64,000 nt of DNA, taken from contig JBGTGT010000055.1 in the NCBI GenBank assembly GCA_041746575.1, positions 1 through 64,000 on the forward strand. The letters run 5' to 3'. Each line of letters opens with the position of its first letter. The first letter of the stretch is position 1. The stretch comes from Microcystaceae cyanobacterium (GTDB taxonomy: Bacteria > Cyanobacteriota > Cyanobacteriia > Cyanobacteriales > Microcystaceae). This document shows positions 30,281 to 40,699 of the stretch, piece after piece. The translations under genes were made by a program, and so were the position numbers. The notes below the pieces were generated by a model. It searched no databases and was not told where the DNA came from. It worked only from the letters and a program-made list of their open reading frames with translations.

Positions 30281-32398
30281 TTAATGATTAATTATCTGTT
30301 TAAATAATTGCTCGTCTCGAATACTATCAAAATCACTGTTGGTTTTTGCCATCTCTCGACAGGTCTCATCAAGATTAATCGCACGGTGTAAGTTTTCAAC
30401 CGCAAGAGAAACATTATTTTGCAAGGCATAATAGCAAGCAATATTATAATAAACAATTGCATCATTAGGATTGATTTCTAAGGCTTTTTGATAAGAATTT
30501 AATGCTTCTTGATATTGTTTTGAACTCATTAACGCAACCCCTTTGTTATACCATGCTTGATGGTCATCCGGTTTAATTTCAAGGGCTTTGTTGTAGGATT
30601 GAATCGCTTCATCTAATTGGACTAAATTCCCTAAGGCAACCCCTTTGTTATACCATGCTTCATGATAATCCGGTTTAATTTCAAGGGCTATGTTGTAGGA
30701 TTGAATCGCTTCATGTAATTGGCCTAAATTCCCTAAGGCAACCCCTTTGTTATACCATGCTTCATGATAATCCGGTTTAATTTTAAGGGCTTTGTTGTAG
30801 GATTGAATCGCTTCATCTAATTGGACTAAATTCCCTAAGGCAATCCCTTTGTTATACCATGCTTCATGATAATCCGGTTTAATTTTAAGGGCTTTGTTGT
30901 AGGATTGAATCGCTTCTGCGTATTTTTCAAGATAATAGTATGTTGTTGCTAAATAAAACCAAATCTCTGCATCCTCTTTAACGGCAGTCACTAAATGTTG
31001 ATAACCGATTAAGGCTCGTGGATAAAGATTAACCTGATAAAGAAATAAACTAAAGTTTTTTAAAGCCTCTGTCATCAATTGTGGTTCAGCCTTAAACAAC
31101 TTTAAGATTAACTTCTCTAACTGTTTAGAATAATCGGTAATCTCAACTCGCTTGCCTCTCTCTTTAATTTGTCCATCACGGGGGGTTAAAATTCGTTCAA
31201 TAGCGATTAATTTATTCAAACTCTCTTTCAATCTAAACTGACACCATAATCTTTGCAAACGATTTCCTTCTACCATCAACAAAGCCGTTTTCTTGACTAA
31301 AAATTCATTCAACGGCACATAACACTGCTGTAATAAATCCACTGCATCATAAATCGCTTCTGCTAACTTATCCCGTTGAATCGCTGTCTGATAATGTTGA
31401 TGCCATGTTCCTTGTAAAGTTGGTTTAAAGGTCTGTTTCGTTAAAGCTAAATTCTGATTATCTAAACTGACTAAATTTTCGACTACATTGCGAAATGTTC
31501 CATCATTGGACACCGCCAAATCAATATAGTTTGCTTCCTGTTTAATCTTTGTTTTTGGGATTACCTCTTGAAATAATTCCACAATTGCGCTATCTTCAGG
31601 ATCAGGCATATTATAGACATGAAACTTACGCCAAAGATTTTGATATTTATCCCATTGCAATTTATCCAAAGGACTATCTTGACCTGCTCGATAGACTTCT
31701 TTTTCATTACGAGTAATCGCTAATACCCGAATTTCTTGGGGATCAGCCACATCATTTTCATAGGCTGTTAAAGTATCTAATAATCGCTCTTGTAAAGGAA
31801 TATTCATCGGCATTGCTAAATTATCTTTTCCTTGTGGATGCTTTTCAATTGCCTCACTGCGACGCATAAATTGATGTAAATCATCCAACAAAAACAGTAA
31901 CTTTCGATCTGTGCCAATCGCTTGTAATTGTTCTGCGTTCGGACGATCTAACCATTCCCCTAATGCTAATTTTAATATTGTCCATCCTTCATGATTTAAC
32001 TGTTGTGCGACTTCTGCCGCTTCTCTGGTTTTACCAATTCCTGTCCTCCCCATAATTAAAACCCAGCGATGTTCATGAAGATGTTGACACAATTCTTGGG
32101 TGATATTTCGCCCCTGAATGCGTCGCTGATAAGGAATATTTCTATCCGCTAAAACAGGGTTTTTATAGTCACTCACAGGAGGATAAACCAACGAAAAAAC
32201 ATCCCTATTCGGTTTAACCAACTCAAACGGTAAACGAGATGAAGGATCAAATGGTGGTGGATGCAAACGTTTAACCCAAAATATAAAAGCTGTTACCGCA
32301 ACTACCCCTCCCCCTGAAAAAAGATTATCAATGGTGACTTGATGGGTAGTATAGAATTGGGTTAATTTTGCGATCGCATTTAATATAACGTCCCACAT
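30281..32398 (-). CDS. Membrane-anchored P-loop NTPase with a C-terminal TPR array
   Basis: N-terminal TM, Walker A GRTGIGKT, Walker B LLFLLDD, about six TPRs. Confidence 0.85.
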   Translation of the reverse strand: MWDVILNAIAKLTQFYTTHQVTIDNLFSGGGVVAVTAFIFWVKRLHPPPFDPSSRLPFELVKPNRDVFSLVYPPVSDYKNPVLADRNIPYQRRIQGRNITQELCQHLHEHRWVLIMGRTGIGKTREAAEVAQQLNHEGWTILKLALGEWLDRPNAEQLQAIGTDRKLLFLLDDLHQFMRRSEAIEKHPQGKDNLAMPMNIPLQERLLDTLTAYENDVADPQEIRVLAITRNEKEVYRAGQDSPLDKLQWDKYQNLWRKFHVYNMPDPEDSAIVELFQEVIPKTKIKQEANYIDLAVSNDGTFRNVVENLVSLDNQNLALTKQTFKPTLQGTWHQHYQTAIQRDKLAEAIYDAVDLLQQCYVPLNEFLVKKTALLMVEGNRLQRLWCQFRLKESLNKLIAIERILTPRDGQIKERGKRVEITDYSKQLEKLILKLFKAEPQLMTEALKNFSLFLYQVNLYPRALIGYQHLVTAVKEDAEIWFYLATTYYYLEKYAEAIQSYNKALKIKPDYHEAWYNKGIALGNLVQLDEAIQSYNKALKIKPDYHEAWYNKGVALGNLGQLHEAIQSYNIALEIKPDYHEAWYNKGVALGNLVQLDEAIQSYNKALEIKPDDHQAWYNKGVALMSSKQYQEALNSYQKALEINPNDAIVYYNIACYYALQNNVSLAVENLHRAINLDETCREMAKTNSDFDSIRDEQLFKQIINH
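30535..30918 (-). repeat. Near-identical 102-bp tandem TPR-coding units (about four)
   Basis: Repeated EAIQSYNKAL(K/E)IKPDYHEAWYNKG with very few nucleotide differences. Confidence 0.9.
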
Positions 32399-32572
32399 AA
32401 TTCCGTCATATCAATTTTTCATATTATATATTTCAATTTATTCATTGTAGCGGCGCAAGCAAGGTTTGCGCCCACTCTCGTAGATGAAAGTTGCACCTTA
32501 GAGGATGAAAGTTGTATCCTATTGTAATTGGGATATCCCGTCAAAAATCGCTTTAAAATCTAAAATAGCCTT

Positions 32573-33526
32573 ATGTTAGGACTTTGGTTAGAAAATCAAC
32601 AACTCAATCTCCGTCAAGATTTAGATATCCCTCAACCTGCCCCAGATGAAGCCTTAGTTAAAGTGCTACAGGCCGGCATTTGTAACACGGATTTGGAGTT
32701 AATTCGGGGGTATTATCCCTATACAGGAATCTTAGGCCATGAATTTGTCGGTATCGTGACAGAAGGTCCGGATTATCTTAAGCAGAAACGAGTCGTGGGA
32801 GAAATTAACGCTGCCTGCGGCTATTGTTATTATTGCCAGAAAAAACAACCAACTCACTGCGAAAATCGAACCGTTTTGGGAATTGTCAACCGTAATGGCG
32901 CATTCTCTGAATATTTAACTCTACCTATTCGCAATTTACACCCGCTTCCTGCTCAAGTGTCCACCGATGCGGCAACCTTTACCGAACCCATTGCCGCCGC
33001 CTTAGAAATTCAACAGCAGGTGAAGATTGCCCCCAATCATCGGGTTTTAGTGGTTGGAGATGGCAAGTTAGGGCAATTAGTGGCGCAAACTTTGGCTTTG
33101 ACTGGATGTGATTTGTTTGTTGTCGGCCGTTATTCCGAAAAATTGGCTTTACTGGCGGATTTTGGCATTCAAACGGGATTTCAAGAGATGATTACAGCTA
33201 GAAGCTTTGATATTGCAGTAGAATGTACAGGAAATCCCGAAGGATTTGAATTAGCGAGGGTTTCTCTGCGTCCTAGTGGGGTTTTAGTCCTCAAAAGTAC
33301 TTATGCCGGCAAATTGACCCTTGATGCTTCTGCGATCGTTGTAGATGAATTGACGGTTATCGGTTCTCGTTGCGGCCCCTTTGAAAAAGCGATCGCTCTT
33401 TTAGAAGAAGATAAAATTAAAGTAGAATGCCTCATTCAAGGTCGTTATTCTTTAAAAGATGGATTAAATGCCTTTAAACACGCACAAAAACGAGGAAAAC
33501 TGAAGATTTTGCTAGAAATGGACTAA
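32573..33526 (+). CDS. Zinc-dependent MDR alcohol dehydrogenase-like protein
   Basis: GICNTD, GHEFVG, CGYCYYC..C. Confidence 0.92.
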   Translation: MLGLWLENQQLNLRQDLDIPQPAPDEALVKVLQAGICNTDLELIRGYYPYTGILGHEFVGIVTEGPDYLKQKRVVGEINAACGYCYYCQKKQPTHCENRTVLGIVNRNGAFSEYLTLPIRNLHPLPAQVSTDAATFTEPIAAALEIQQQVKIAPNHRVLVVGDGKLGQLVAQTLALTGCDLFVVGRYSEKLALLADFGIQTGFQEMITARSFDIAVECTGNPEGFELARVSLRPSGVLVLKSTYAGKLTLDASAIVVDELTVIGSRCGPFEKAIALLEEDKIKVECLIQGRYSLKDGLNAFKHAQKRGKLKILLEMD

Positions 33527-33541
33527 AAATAGGCAAAAGAA

Positions 33542-34963
33542 TCAAGAAAATAACCGCTTTAAAAAACGGTAAATTAATTGAAATAAGGTAGCCACCGCAA
33601 TCGCCGCTACTCCTCCCAATCCGGCATAGATCAAGATGGAATCAAAGCCTAAAGATCCTTGTAAAAAGGAGAAAAAATAAATAATTCCCGTTGAAATAGC
33701 GGCAAAAACTAATAAATCTACTCTTTCAATCCATTTTGCCCATTGCATCAACACAAGAACGGCAATGATGCCTAATCCAATATACAAAGCATTGGGAATT
33801 AGAGTGGTTATTGCCCCCTGAGAAAAGAAACTGTGTAGAGCAATCATGATGATTGTCCCTTCAAATCCTGTAAAACCCGCACAAAATAGCACTTCAAAGG
33901 CAGAAAAACGAGGAGGTCGGGCAATTTTAGCAGGTTTGGGAGGTTTAGAAACTTGAGGCGGAGGCGGCGTTGGCGAGGTAGGTTGAATGGCGGTTTTCGG
34001 TTGGGAAGATAAAGAAGGATTGAGGGCAGTCAGAACCTCTTCAGCAGACTGAAAGCGATCTTGGGGGGCATTCGCCAATAGTTTGTCTAAAATTTGACCT
34101 AAATTATCGCTAAGATTGGGGATATAGGGTCGCCAATTCCATTGATTGCGGTGATCATCGAATAATTCCTCAGAGGATTTTCCGCTTAATAAATATAAAC
34201 AGGTGGTTGCTAAGGCGTACAAATCGGTAGAAGGATAAACTTGGCTACCGCGCATTTGTTCGGGGGGAGCAAATCCCATAGAATAGACGCTAGTCGAACG
34301 AGTAGAAGGGCTTGCAACCGAGGTAACTTGCTTAACTGCCCCAAAATCCAATAAATAAAGCTTATTATTCTTATCCCTCATAATATTTGAAGGTTTAATG
34401 TCTCGATGAATAATATTCAAGTTGTGAATATAGTTCAAAATTGGTAAAATTTGGTTTAAGACAGTTCTAACTTCTGCTTCTGAGAATTTACCCCGTTTTT
34501 CGAGTTCTTCTTCTAGATTTTGACCATCAATAAACTCTTGAACGATATAGAAATATTGTTCTTCGCTTGTTTGTTGCAAATTGGGGACAACTAAAGGAAA
34601 AAAGGCAAACAAATCGGGAATCTGTGAGTGTTCGTTGCCGATTTCTTCTAAAACACTCGCTTCTCTTTCAAATAAGCCTTGTGCAACTTCGAGGGATTTA
34701 GGATCAAGATTGCCAGAGGGTTGAAATTGTTTGACGACACATTGACGAAGTTTGGTGGTATGGCGATCGCAAGCCAAAAAAGCTGCCCCAAATCCGCCTT
34801 TTCCGAGGAGTTTTAAGGTCAAATAGCGTCCCCCTAAAATTAACGGCATTCCACAGCTTTTACAGTATCGCTGTTGAACGGTTTTCAGGGTAGTTGCATG
34901 ATCGAGATCATCAAAACGATTTTCAGGACGAGGACAACTTGGACGCGTACAAAGGATTTCCAT
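33542..34963 (-). CDS. Ser/Thr protein kinase with an N-terminal 4-Cys motif and C-terminal TMs
   Basis: CTRPSC..CKSCG, LGKGGFG, HRDIKPSN, DFG, PPEQ. Confidence 0.93.
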   Translation of the reverse strand: MEILCTRPSCPRPENRFDDLDHATTLKTVQQRYCKSCGMPLILGGRYLTLKLLGKGGFGAAFLACDRHTTKLRQCVVKQFQPSGNLDPKSLEVAQGLFEREASVLEEIGNEHSQIPDLFAFFPLVVPNLQQTSEEQYFYIVQEFIDGQNLEEELEKRGKFSEAEVRTVLNQILPILNYIHNLNIIHRDIKPSNIMRDKNNKLYLLDFGAVKQVTSVASPSTRSTSVYSMGFAPPEQMRGSQVYPSTDLYALATTCLYLLSGKSSEELFDDHRNQWNWRPYIPNLSDNLGQILDKLLANAPQDRFQSAEEVLTALNPSLSSQPKTAIQPTSPTPPPPQVSKPPKPAKIARPPRFSAFEVLFCAGFTGFEGTIIMIALHSFFSQGAITTLIPNALYIGLGIIAVLVLMQWAKWIERVDLLVFAAISTGIIYFFSFLQGSLGFDSILIYAGLGGVAAIAVATLFQLIYRFLKRLFS

Positions 34964-35147
34964 CAGTTAATCTCAATCGGAATTAAGAACGGATTTCTGA
35001 ATCTCTAATTATAAATTAAGGTAGAAGTTAGATCTTCAGTTTACCGTAAAAATTACAAAAAAAGCTAAATTATTAAACTTCTTGAAGAATTCCATGATTC
35101 TGGTCAAGAAAGGCAAAAGGTCTATTATAAATTTCGGAAATAGCATC

Positions 35148-35440
35148 GATTATTGTGTCCCAAAATGTCGAGAAATGGTACGACAATGGTTTTCATGTTC
35201 TCAAAGGGATCAGTTTAACCGTTAATATAGGGGAAATAGTGATGTGAATGGGGGGCCATCGAGTTCCGGAAAATCCACCTTATATTCGCACCTTTAATGC
35301 CCTTGAACCCTATCGAAAAGGGTGTTGATGGTACATTGATTGGTCATAAAGGCATTGAATTTGTGCGGCGAGAAGTAGGAATAGTTTTTCAGCAGTTTAA
35401 CCTTTTTCCTCATTTGACCATTCTACAAAATGTGACCTAG
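35148..35440 (+). pseudogene. Decayed polar amino-acid ABC transporter ATPase fragment (GlnQ-like)
   Basis: VEKWYDNGFHVLKGISL, PSSSGKST, IRTFNALE and VGIVFQQFNLFPHLTILQNV spread across frames with stops. Confidence 0.85.
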
Positions 35441-35610
35441 GATTTGCTATTAGCATCTCTCTTAATTGTTGAGGGAAAACTTAACTTTTGACTCTAAGTT
35501 AAGTCAGATAGATCCTTAAGTTTTCTGTATCGACAGGTCTATTCTTTCATTTTATAAAAGTAGTAGTAACACCTACCTACCGATATATTAAACAGAGAAG
35601 GAGAAGCATC

Positions 35611-38493
35611 ATGGCTACTTTTACCGTCACGACAACCAGCGATGTTGTTAATGCTAATGATGGCGTTTTGAGCTTACGGGAAGCGATTACGGCGGCTGAG
35701 GCACTACCGGGGCGCGATCGCATTATTGTGAACAGTTTGGTCAATGTTGATCGTCCATTCTCTATCAATATCGGTAATAATCTTGATTTTCAGGGGAATA
35801 ACCAATTTTCAGGGGTTAATGGCAACAACCAAACTCAACTTTTCAGTATTGAGAACGCCGAAGTGACCTTTGAAAACTTTTTGCTAACCAATGGTGTTGC
35901 CAGAGGCGGTAATGGACTGCGAGGCGGTGGCGGTGGTGGTGGCTTCGGAGGTGCGCTATTCATCAACGGCGGGACAGTGACCCTGACTAACGTCCAATTG
36001 ATCAATAATCAAGCTATTGGTGGCAATGGTTCTAATGGTCGCGGAGACGGAGGACGGGGTGGGATTGATTCGAGTTCTGGTCAAAATGGCTTTAATGGTG
36101 GCAACGGTGGTGTATTGAGTCTCCCCTCATTCCATGCCATTGCTGCGGGTGGCAGTGGTGGTGAAGGAGGCACAAGAGGACTCTTGACGCGCGCACAATC
36201 CGGTGAAAGAGGCAACATAATCGGTAGAGCAGAGGGGGTAATTTTTTTTGGTAGCTTTTTTGGAACCGGCGGCGGCAGTGGCGGAGGAGGCGGTGGTGGC
36301 TTTGGTGGTTCTGCTGGTCTTAGAGGTGGCGATCAGGGTGCTGACGGTGGTAATGGTGGTAATGGTGGATTTGGTGGGGGTGGCGGCGGTGGCGGCGGTG
36401 GCGGTGGCGGCGGTGCTAACGTTCTTACAGGTGGTGCCGGTTCTCGTGGAGATGGTGGTCAAGGCGGTGCTGGTGGTGCCTTTGGCGGTAGAGGAGAAGA
36501 CGGTCAGGATGGTCAAGATGGTCGAAGCACTTTCTTTGGTGACAGTCCTGGTAATGGTGGACTCGGTGGTGATGGCGGTGGTGGTGCCGGCTTAGGAGGG
36601 GCAGTCTTCGTTAACGGAGGCACACTGATCCTCAATGAGAATGTCCGTTTCGATCAGAATTCAGCTACGGGAGGCACGGGGTTTGAGAATGGTCAAGGCA
36701 AAGGGGGTGCGATTTTTGCTCGACAGGATACCAATGCCCAAATTGTGGTTTTAGGACAAGACTTCGCGGAGGCTAGCGTCCAATTTACTAACAATACGGC
36801 TGCTGATGGGGATAATATCATCAGTTTTACCGACAATCCTAACGTTTTCTTAACTGACAATGCTAATACCTTCGGTAATATTGAGTTTCGTCCTCGTCCC
36901 ACCCCGGAGATCTCAGTTGATGTCGGTTTTAACAGCATTGCCACTTTTGTGGATGACAATGGAGATGGATTTCCTGAATCATACCTCGGTGCGGGTGACG
37001 GAACGATTCAAGTGATTCGCAATGGCAGTCCGGTTGTTATTCGGGATGTGGGTACGGATAGCGCACCGACATTTGCTGATATTGACAATGATGGTGACCC
37101 AGATTTATTTGTGGGTGATACTTTTGGGCGGATTCACTATTTTCGTAACCGAGGCAGCGTAACTTCGGCAAGTTTTGCCCCTCCGATTATTAATCCCTTT
37201 GGGATTACCAGTAATGGGGGTTTAGCGAAACCCGATTTAGTCGATATCGATGGCGATGGCGATCAAGATTTATTTGTGGGGACAGCAACAGGAACAATCT
37301 TGTTTTACCGTAATGTAGGGACTCGCACCAGTCCTAATTTTGTGCGAGGTGGCAATAATCCTTTTGGCATATCTGCTGTTATCGGCTCTGCTGCGCCTAA
37401 TTTCGTCGATGTGGGCAATGATGGGGATTTTGATGTCTTTATCGGAGCTTCCGATGGCAGAACTCGTTATTTTGAAAATATCGGAACTCCTACCAATCCC
37501 CGCTTTTTTGAACGTTCCCTTTCTGAACTGATTACACCTCTACCTGATGTTGGAACTAATGCGACACCTGTCGTCATAGATGCTAATGGAGATGGCATTC
37601 TTGATGCTTTTATTGGCGAACAAGATGGTACGTTCAATTTTGTGAATCGGGTTGTCATAGGGGGTCAATATCCTGTTCCAGTCAATTTAGGCGATGGCAC
37701 GATAGTTCTCGGCGGTTTTCGCGGGGTAGGTACTGAGGAAACCCCTCAATCTAATCCTGTTCTGATCGATGAATTGCACTTCTTTGGAGAAGGATTGACG
37801 GCTGAAAATCTCTTGTTAACTCAAGAGGGGGATGATCTTAAAATTAGCTTTGAAGGCATTAACGACACAGAAGTCATCCTCAGAAGCTTCGACCTCGAAA
37901 ATTTGGATAATTTAGCAAATGGGATAGGCAATATCCTCTTTGACGGAGATGCGGAAATTCAAGATAGTTTTGATGTCTTCGATGCTGATTCCCAACGAAA
38001 TCGGGTATTTAACCGCAACACAGTGACCTTTCTCAATGACTTAGATAACCATGTGCGAGGATTTCATCACTCTGACGATATTATCAATGGTCAAGGCGGA
38101 AATGACCTGATTCGAGGACTCAGTGGCGATGACTTACTGCGAGGTGGAGAGGGGAATGATACTCTCAAAGGGGGTCGAGGGGACGATCTCCTCGTCGGCG
38201 GAACGGGTAGCGATGTTTTGCATGGTGGTCGTGGCAACGATACCTTCCGTTTTGGTGGCGATATCTTCCAAGATGGGCTGTCCGATATAGATATTATTCG
38301 AGACTTCCAAGCGGGTGATGCCTTCGATTTTAGTGAATACCTGCAAGTAGGCGGACAGATTAGTTTTACTCGCCTTCAACAAGATTTACTGATCAGCCTA
38401 AGTAATGAGGATTCAATTGTTGTTGGGGGTAATCTCGATGCGGCACGCCAACAGCTTTTAGCACTTATTCCACCCATTACCACAGCGATTTAA
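35611..38493 (+). CDS. Large secreted Ca-binding surface protein (SLREA start, Gly-rich region, FG-GAP-like repeats, RTX repeats)
   Basis: DGVLSLREAI; PGRS-like GGxGG tract; DIDxDGDxDLFVG repeats; GGxGxD nonapeptides. Confidence 0.85.
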   Translation: MATFTVTTTSDVVNANDGVLSLREAITAAEALPGRDRIIVNSLVNVDRPFSINIGNNLDFQGNNQFSGVNGNNQTQLFSIENAEVTFENFLLTNGVARGGNGLRGGGGGGGFGGALFINGGTVTLTNVQLINNQAIGGNGSNGRGDGGRGGIDSSSGQNGFNGGNGGVLSLPSFHAIAAGGSGGEGGTRGLLTRAQSGERGNIIGRAEGVIFFGSFFGTGGGSGGGGGGGFGGSAGLRGGDQGADGGNGGNGGFGGGGGGGGGGGGGGANVLTGGAGSRGDGGQGGAGGAFGGRGEDGQDGQDGRSTFFGDSPGNGGLGGDGGGGAGLGGAVFVNGGTLILNENVRFDQNSATGGTGFENGQGKGGAIFARQDTNAQIVVLGQDFAEASVQFTNNTAADGDNIISFTDNPNVFLTDNANTFGNIEFRPRPTPEISVDVGFNSIATFVDDNGDGFPESYLGAGDGTIQVIRNGSPVVIRDVGTDSAPTFADIDNDGDPDLFVGDTFGRIHYFRNRGSVTSASFAPPIINPFGITSNGGLAKPDLVDIDGDGDQDLFVGTATGTILFYRNVGTRTSPNFVRGGNNPFGISAVIGSAAPNFVDVGNDGDFDVFIGASDGRTRYFENIGTPTNPRFFERSLSELITPLPDVGTNATPVVIDANGDGILDAFIGEQDGTFNFVNRVVIGGQYPVPVNLGDGTIVLGGFRGVGTEETPQSNPVLIDELHFFGEGLTAENLLLTQEGDDLKISFEGINDTEVILRSFDLENLDNLANGIGNILFDGDAEIQDSFDVFDADSQRNRVFNRNTVTFLNDLDNHVRGFHHSDDIINGQGGNDLIRGLSGDDLLRGGEGNDTLKGGRGDDLLVGGTGSDVLHGGRGNDTFRFGGDIFQDGLSDIDIIRDFQAGDAFDFSEYLQVGGQISFTRLQQDLLISLSNEDSIVVGGNLDAARQQLLALIPPITTAI

Positions 38494-38742
38494 TAAAATT
38501 TTCCGAGATAATTTCTCTGGATAACTGGTCATTTTTTTATTTTACTCAATTGAGCATTCACTCACCTCGACTATCTCAGGTGACATTTCGATTAATGCTC
38601 TTGGCTGATTTCCAATCTAATAGATTCCCTTGCTGAGGGAAACACTCGGAGCAAAAGCTAATGTGATTTTTTGCATTACGCTCTCTTACATCAGACTGGG
38701 TTCTGAATTCTGGGGTTTTAGGTCAAAATCAAGATAAAGACC

Positions 38743-39714
38743 TTAAACTTTGAGTTCGGGGGCTAAGAGCCGCTCTAAATTGGCAATATCGGGATAGCTA
38801 GAAAATTGGGGCAAAATCTCTTTCAGGAATGCTTCTGCCGCCTTAGAACGATAGCGGGTGGGGTTAATGATCACCGATAAAGTTCTTCTTACTTCGACCC
38901 CCTGAATGTGTTTCACTCGTAATGCTTGAATTTCTAATTCTTTCTCAATCGCTGTTAAAGAAACAAAAGCGACTCCCAAACCTGCTTGTACGGCATTTTT
39001 AATGGCTTCTATTGAGTTTAATTCCATTTCTACTTTCAGACGCTTGGTGTCAATATCATACATTGTCAACACTTTATCAATGACCTTGCGAATGGTCGAC
39101 TGGGAATCTAAATTAATAAAACTGAGGCGATACAAATCTTCCTTCTGAATGGTTTCTGCTAAGGCTAACGGGTGGGAAGCTGAGATGATTAAGGCTAATT
39201 CGTCATCGGCATAAGGAAAGATCTTGAGGGTTTCCTGTAATTCTGCTGGGATCTCGCCACCGATAATCGCCAAATCGACTTGTCCATTGGCTACCCCCCA
39301 AGCGGTGCGTCGGGTAGAATGAACCTGTAACTGTACGGAGACATCTGGGTAAGTTGCCCGAAATAAACCAATCATGCGAGGCAAAAGATACGTGCCCGTC
39401 GTTTGAGATGCTCCGACAATTAAGGTGCCACCCTGTAAATTTTGTAAATCTTCGATCGCCCGACAGGTTTCTTGACAAAGGGTCAGTATTTTTTCCCCAT
39501 AGCTCAGAAGAAGATGTCCGGCTTCTGTTAATTGAGCTTTTCGCCCTCCTCTGTCAAATAGAGGAACATTTAGTTGTTTTTCTAAGTTCTGCACTTGAAG
39601 ACTGACGGCCGGTTGGGAGACATACAACGTATCGGCAGCCCGCTTGAAACTTCCTTCTGCCGCGATGGCTTTAAGAATTCGGAGTTGATCGAGAGAAAAA
39701 GGGATGTCTGACAT
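38743..39714 (-). CDS. rbcR: LysR-family regulator RbcR/Ycf30
   Basis: [56 protein letters not shown]. Confidence 0.85.
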   Translation of the reverse strand: MSDIPFSLDQLRILKAIAAEGSFKRAADTLYVSQPAVSLQVQNLEKQLNVPLFDRGGRKAQLTEAGHLLLSYGEKILTLCQETCRAIEDLQNLQGGTLIVGASQTTGTYLLPRMIGLFRATYPDVSVQLQVHSTRRTAWGVANGQVDLAIIGGEIPAELQETLKIFPYADDELALIISASHPLALAETIQKEDLYRLSFINLDSQSTIRKVIDKVLTMYDIDTKRLKVEMELNSIEAIKNAVQAGLGVAFVSLTAIEKELEIQALRVKHIQGVEVRRTLSVIINPTRYRSKAAEAFLKEILPQFSSYPDIANLERLLAPELKV

Positions 39715-39976
39715 GGGCGTTTTATAAACAACGTATAAACTAAAGACGGCAGATCAAAAAGGGGTTGTTGCTGAGGGTTGACTTCTGATGTTGACAGTAG
39801 CACAACTAGGGGATCAAATTTATCGGAAACGAAATAACTTAACACGATGAGTAAGTCGGTAAAATTCATTAAAAATAGGAGTTATTAAGAAATAAAGAAG
39901 AGTAACCCCTCGTAACCTATCCGTTTGATCCTTGACGGCCTACATCGATGTTCAATTAATTTATCCCGACTAGCTT

Positions 39977-40534
39977 ATGCGTTATTCTACAATGATTATT
40001 TGTTCTGGATTTCATTCTTTAGGGTTAACCGAACAATTTTTGTTTCATCTGAAATCCCTTGATCCCCATTTATCTTATCTCATTTTTCCAACGAATTGCT
40101 ATCCCGCTTATTCAGCTTGGCATCTCGAACAATTTATCCGAGAAAATATTCCCAATTTGTCGAATCATTCTCTTTTATTTATAGGATTTAGTGCTGGAGT
40201 GGTTGCCGCTTTCTCAACGGCAATTAAATTGCAATTTGAAGGGATAAAAATTCAAGGACTCATCGCTTTTGATGGATGGGGTGTGCCTTTATTGGCGAAT
40301 TTTCCTCTTTTTCGTCTTAGCCACGATGCCTTTACTCATTATACTTCTGAATTTTTAGGCACAGGAAAAATGAATTTTTACGCTGATCCTGCCGTTGACC
40401 ATCTGACCTTTTGGCAATCGCCTCATTGTGTTCGAGGATGGCAAATTGAACCGATTGGTGTGGGTTCTTTTAGAAAAATACCGATCACTCTCATGGATTT
40501 TTTGAAAAATTTATTAAATTATTATAAATTTTAA
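39977..40534 (+). CDS. Hypothetical alpha/beta-hydrolase-like protein
   Basis: GFSAG nucleophile-elbow motif, DGWG. Confidence 0.65.
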   Translation: MRYSTMIICSGFHSLGLTEQFLFHLKSLDPHLSYLIFPTNCYPAYSAWHLEQFIRENIPNLSNHSLLFIGFSAGVVAAFSTAIKLQFEGIKIQGLIAFDGWGVPLLANFPLFRLSHDAFTHYTSEFLGTGKMNFYADPAVDHLTFWQSPHCVRGWQIEPIGVGSFRKIPITLMDFLKNLLNYYKF

Positions 40535-40699
40535 ATCAGGCATTATTTAATGATAAGATATAGTCTAATCTCGCCGAAATATTAAAATCTAAAATTAAAC
40601 GCCCAAACTGAAACTCACTTTGTATAATACTAGATACTATTGTGATAGTGTAATCATCATTTTTATCCCCATTTCCTGACTCTCTATCTCCCTTGTTCT

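Noticed and set aside
30535..30918. Regular repeats resembling a CRISPR array
   Set aside because: They are 102-bp in-frame TPR-coding units with no unique spacers.
36127..36595. Thr/Ala-rich and Val-rich ORFs
   Set aside because: Shadow frames of the Gly-rich GGN codon tract.
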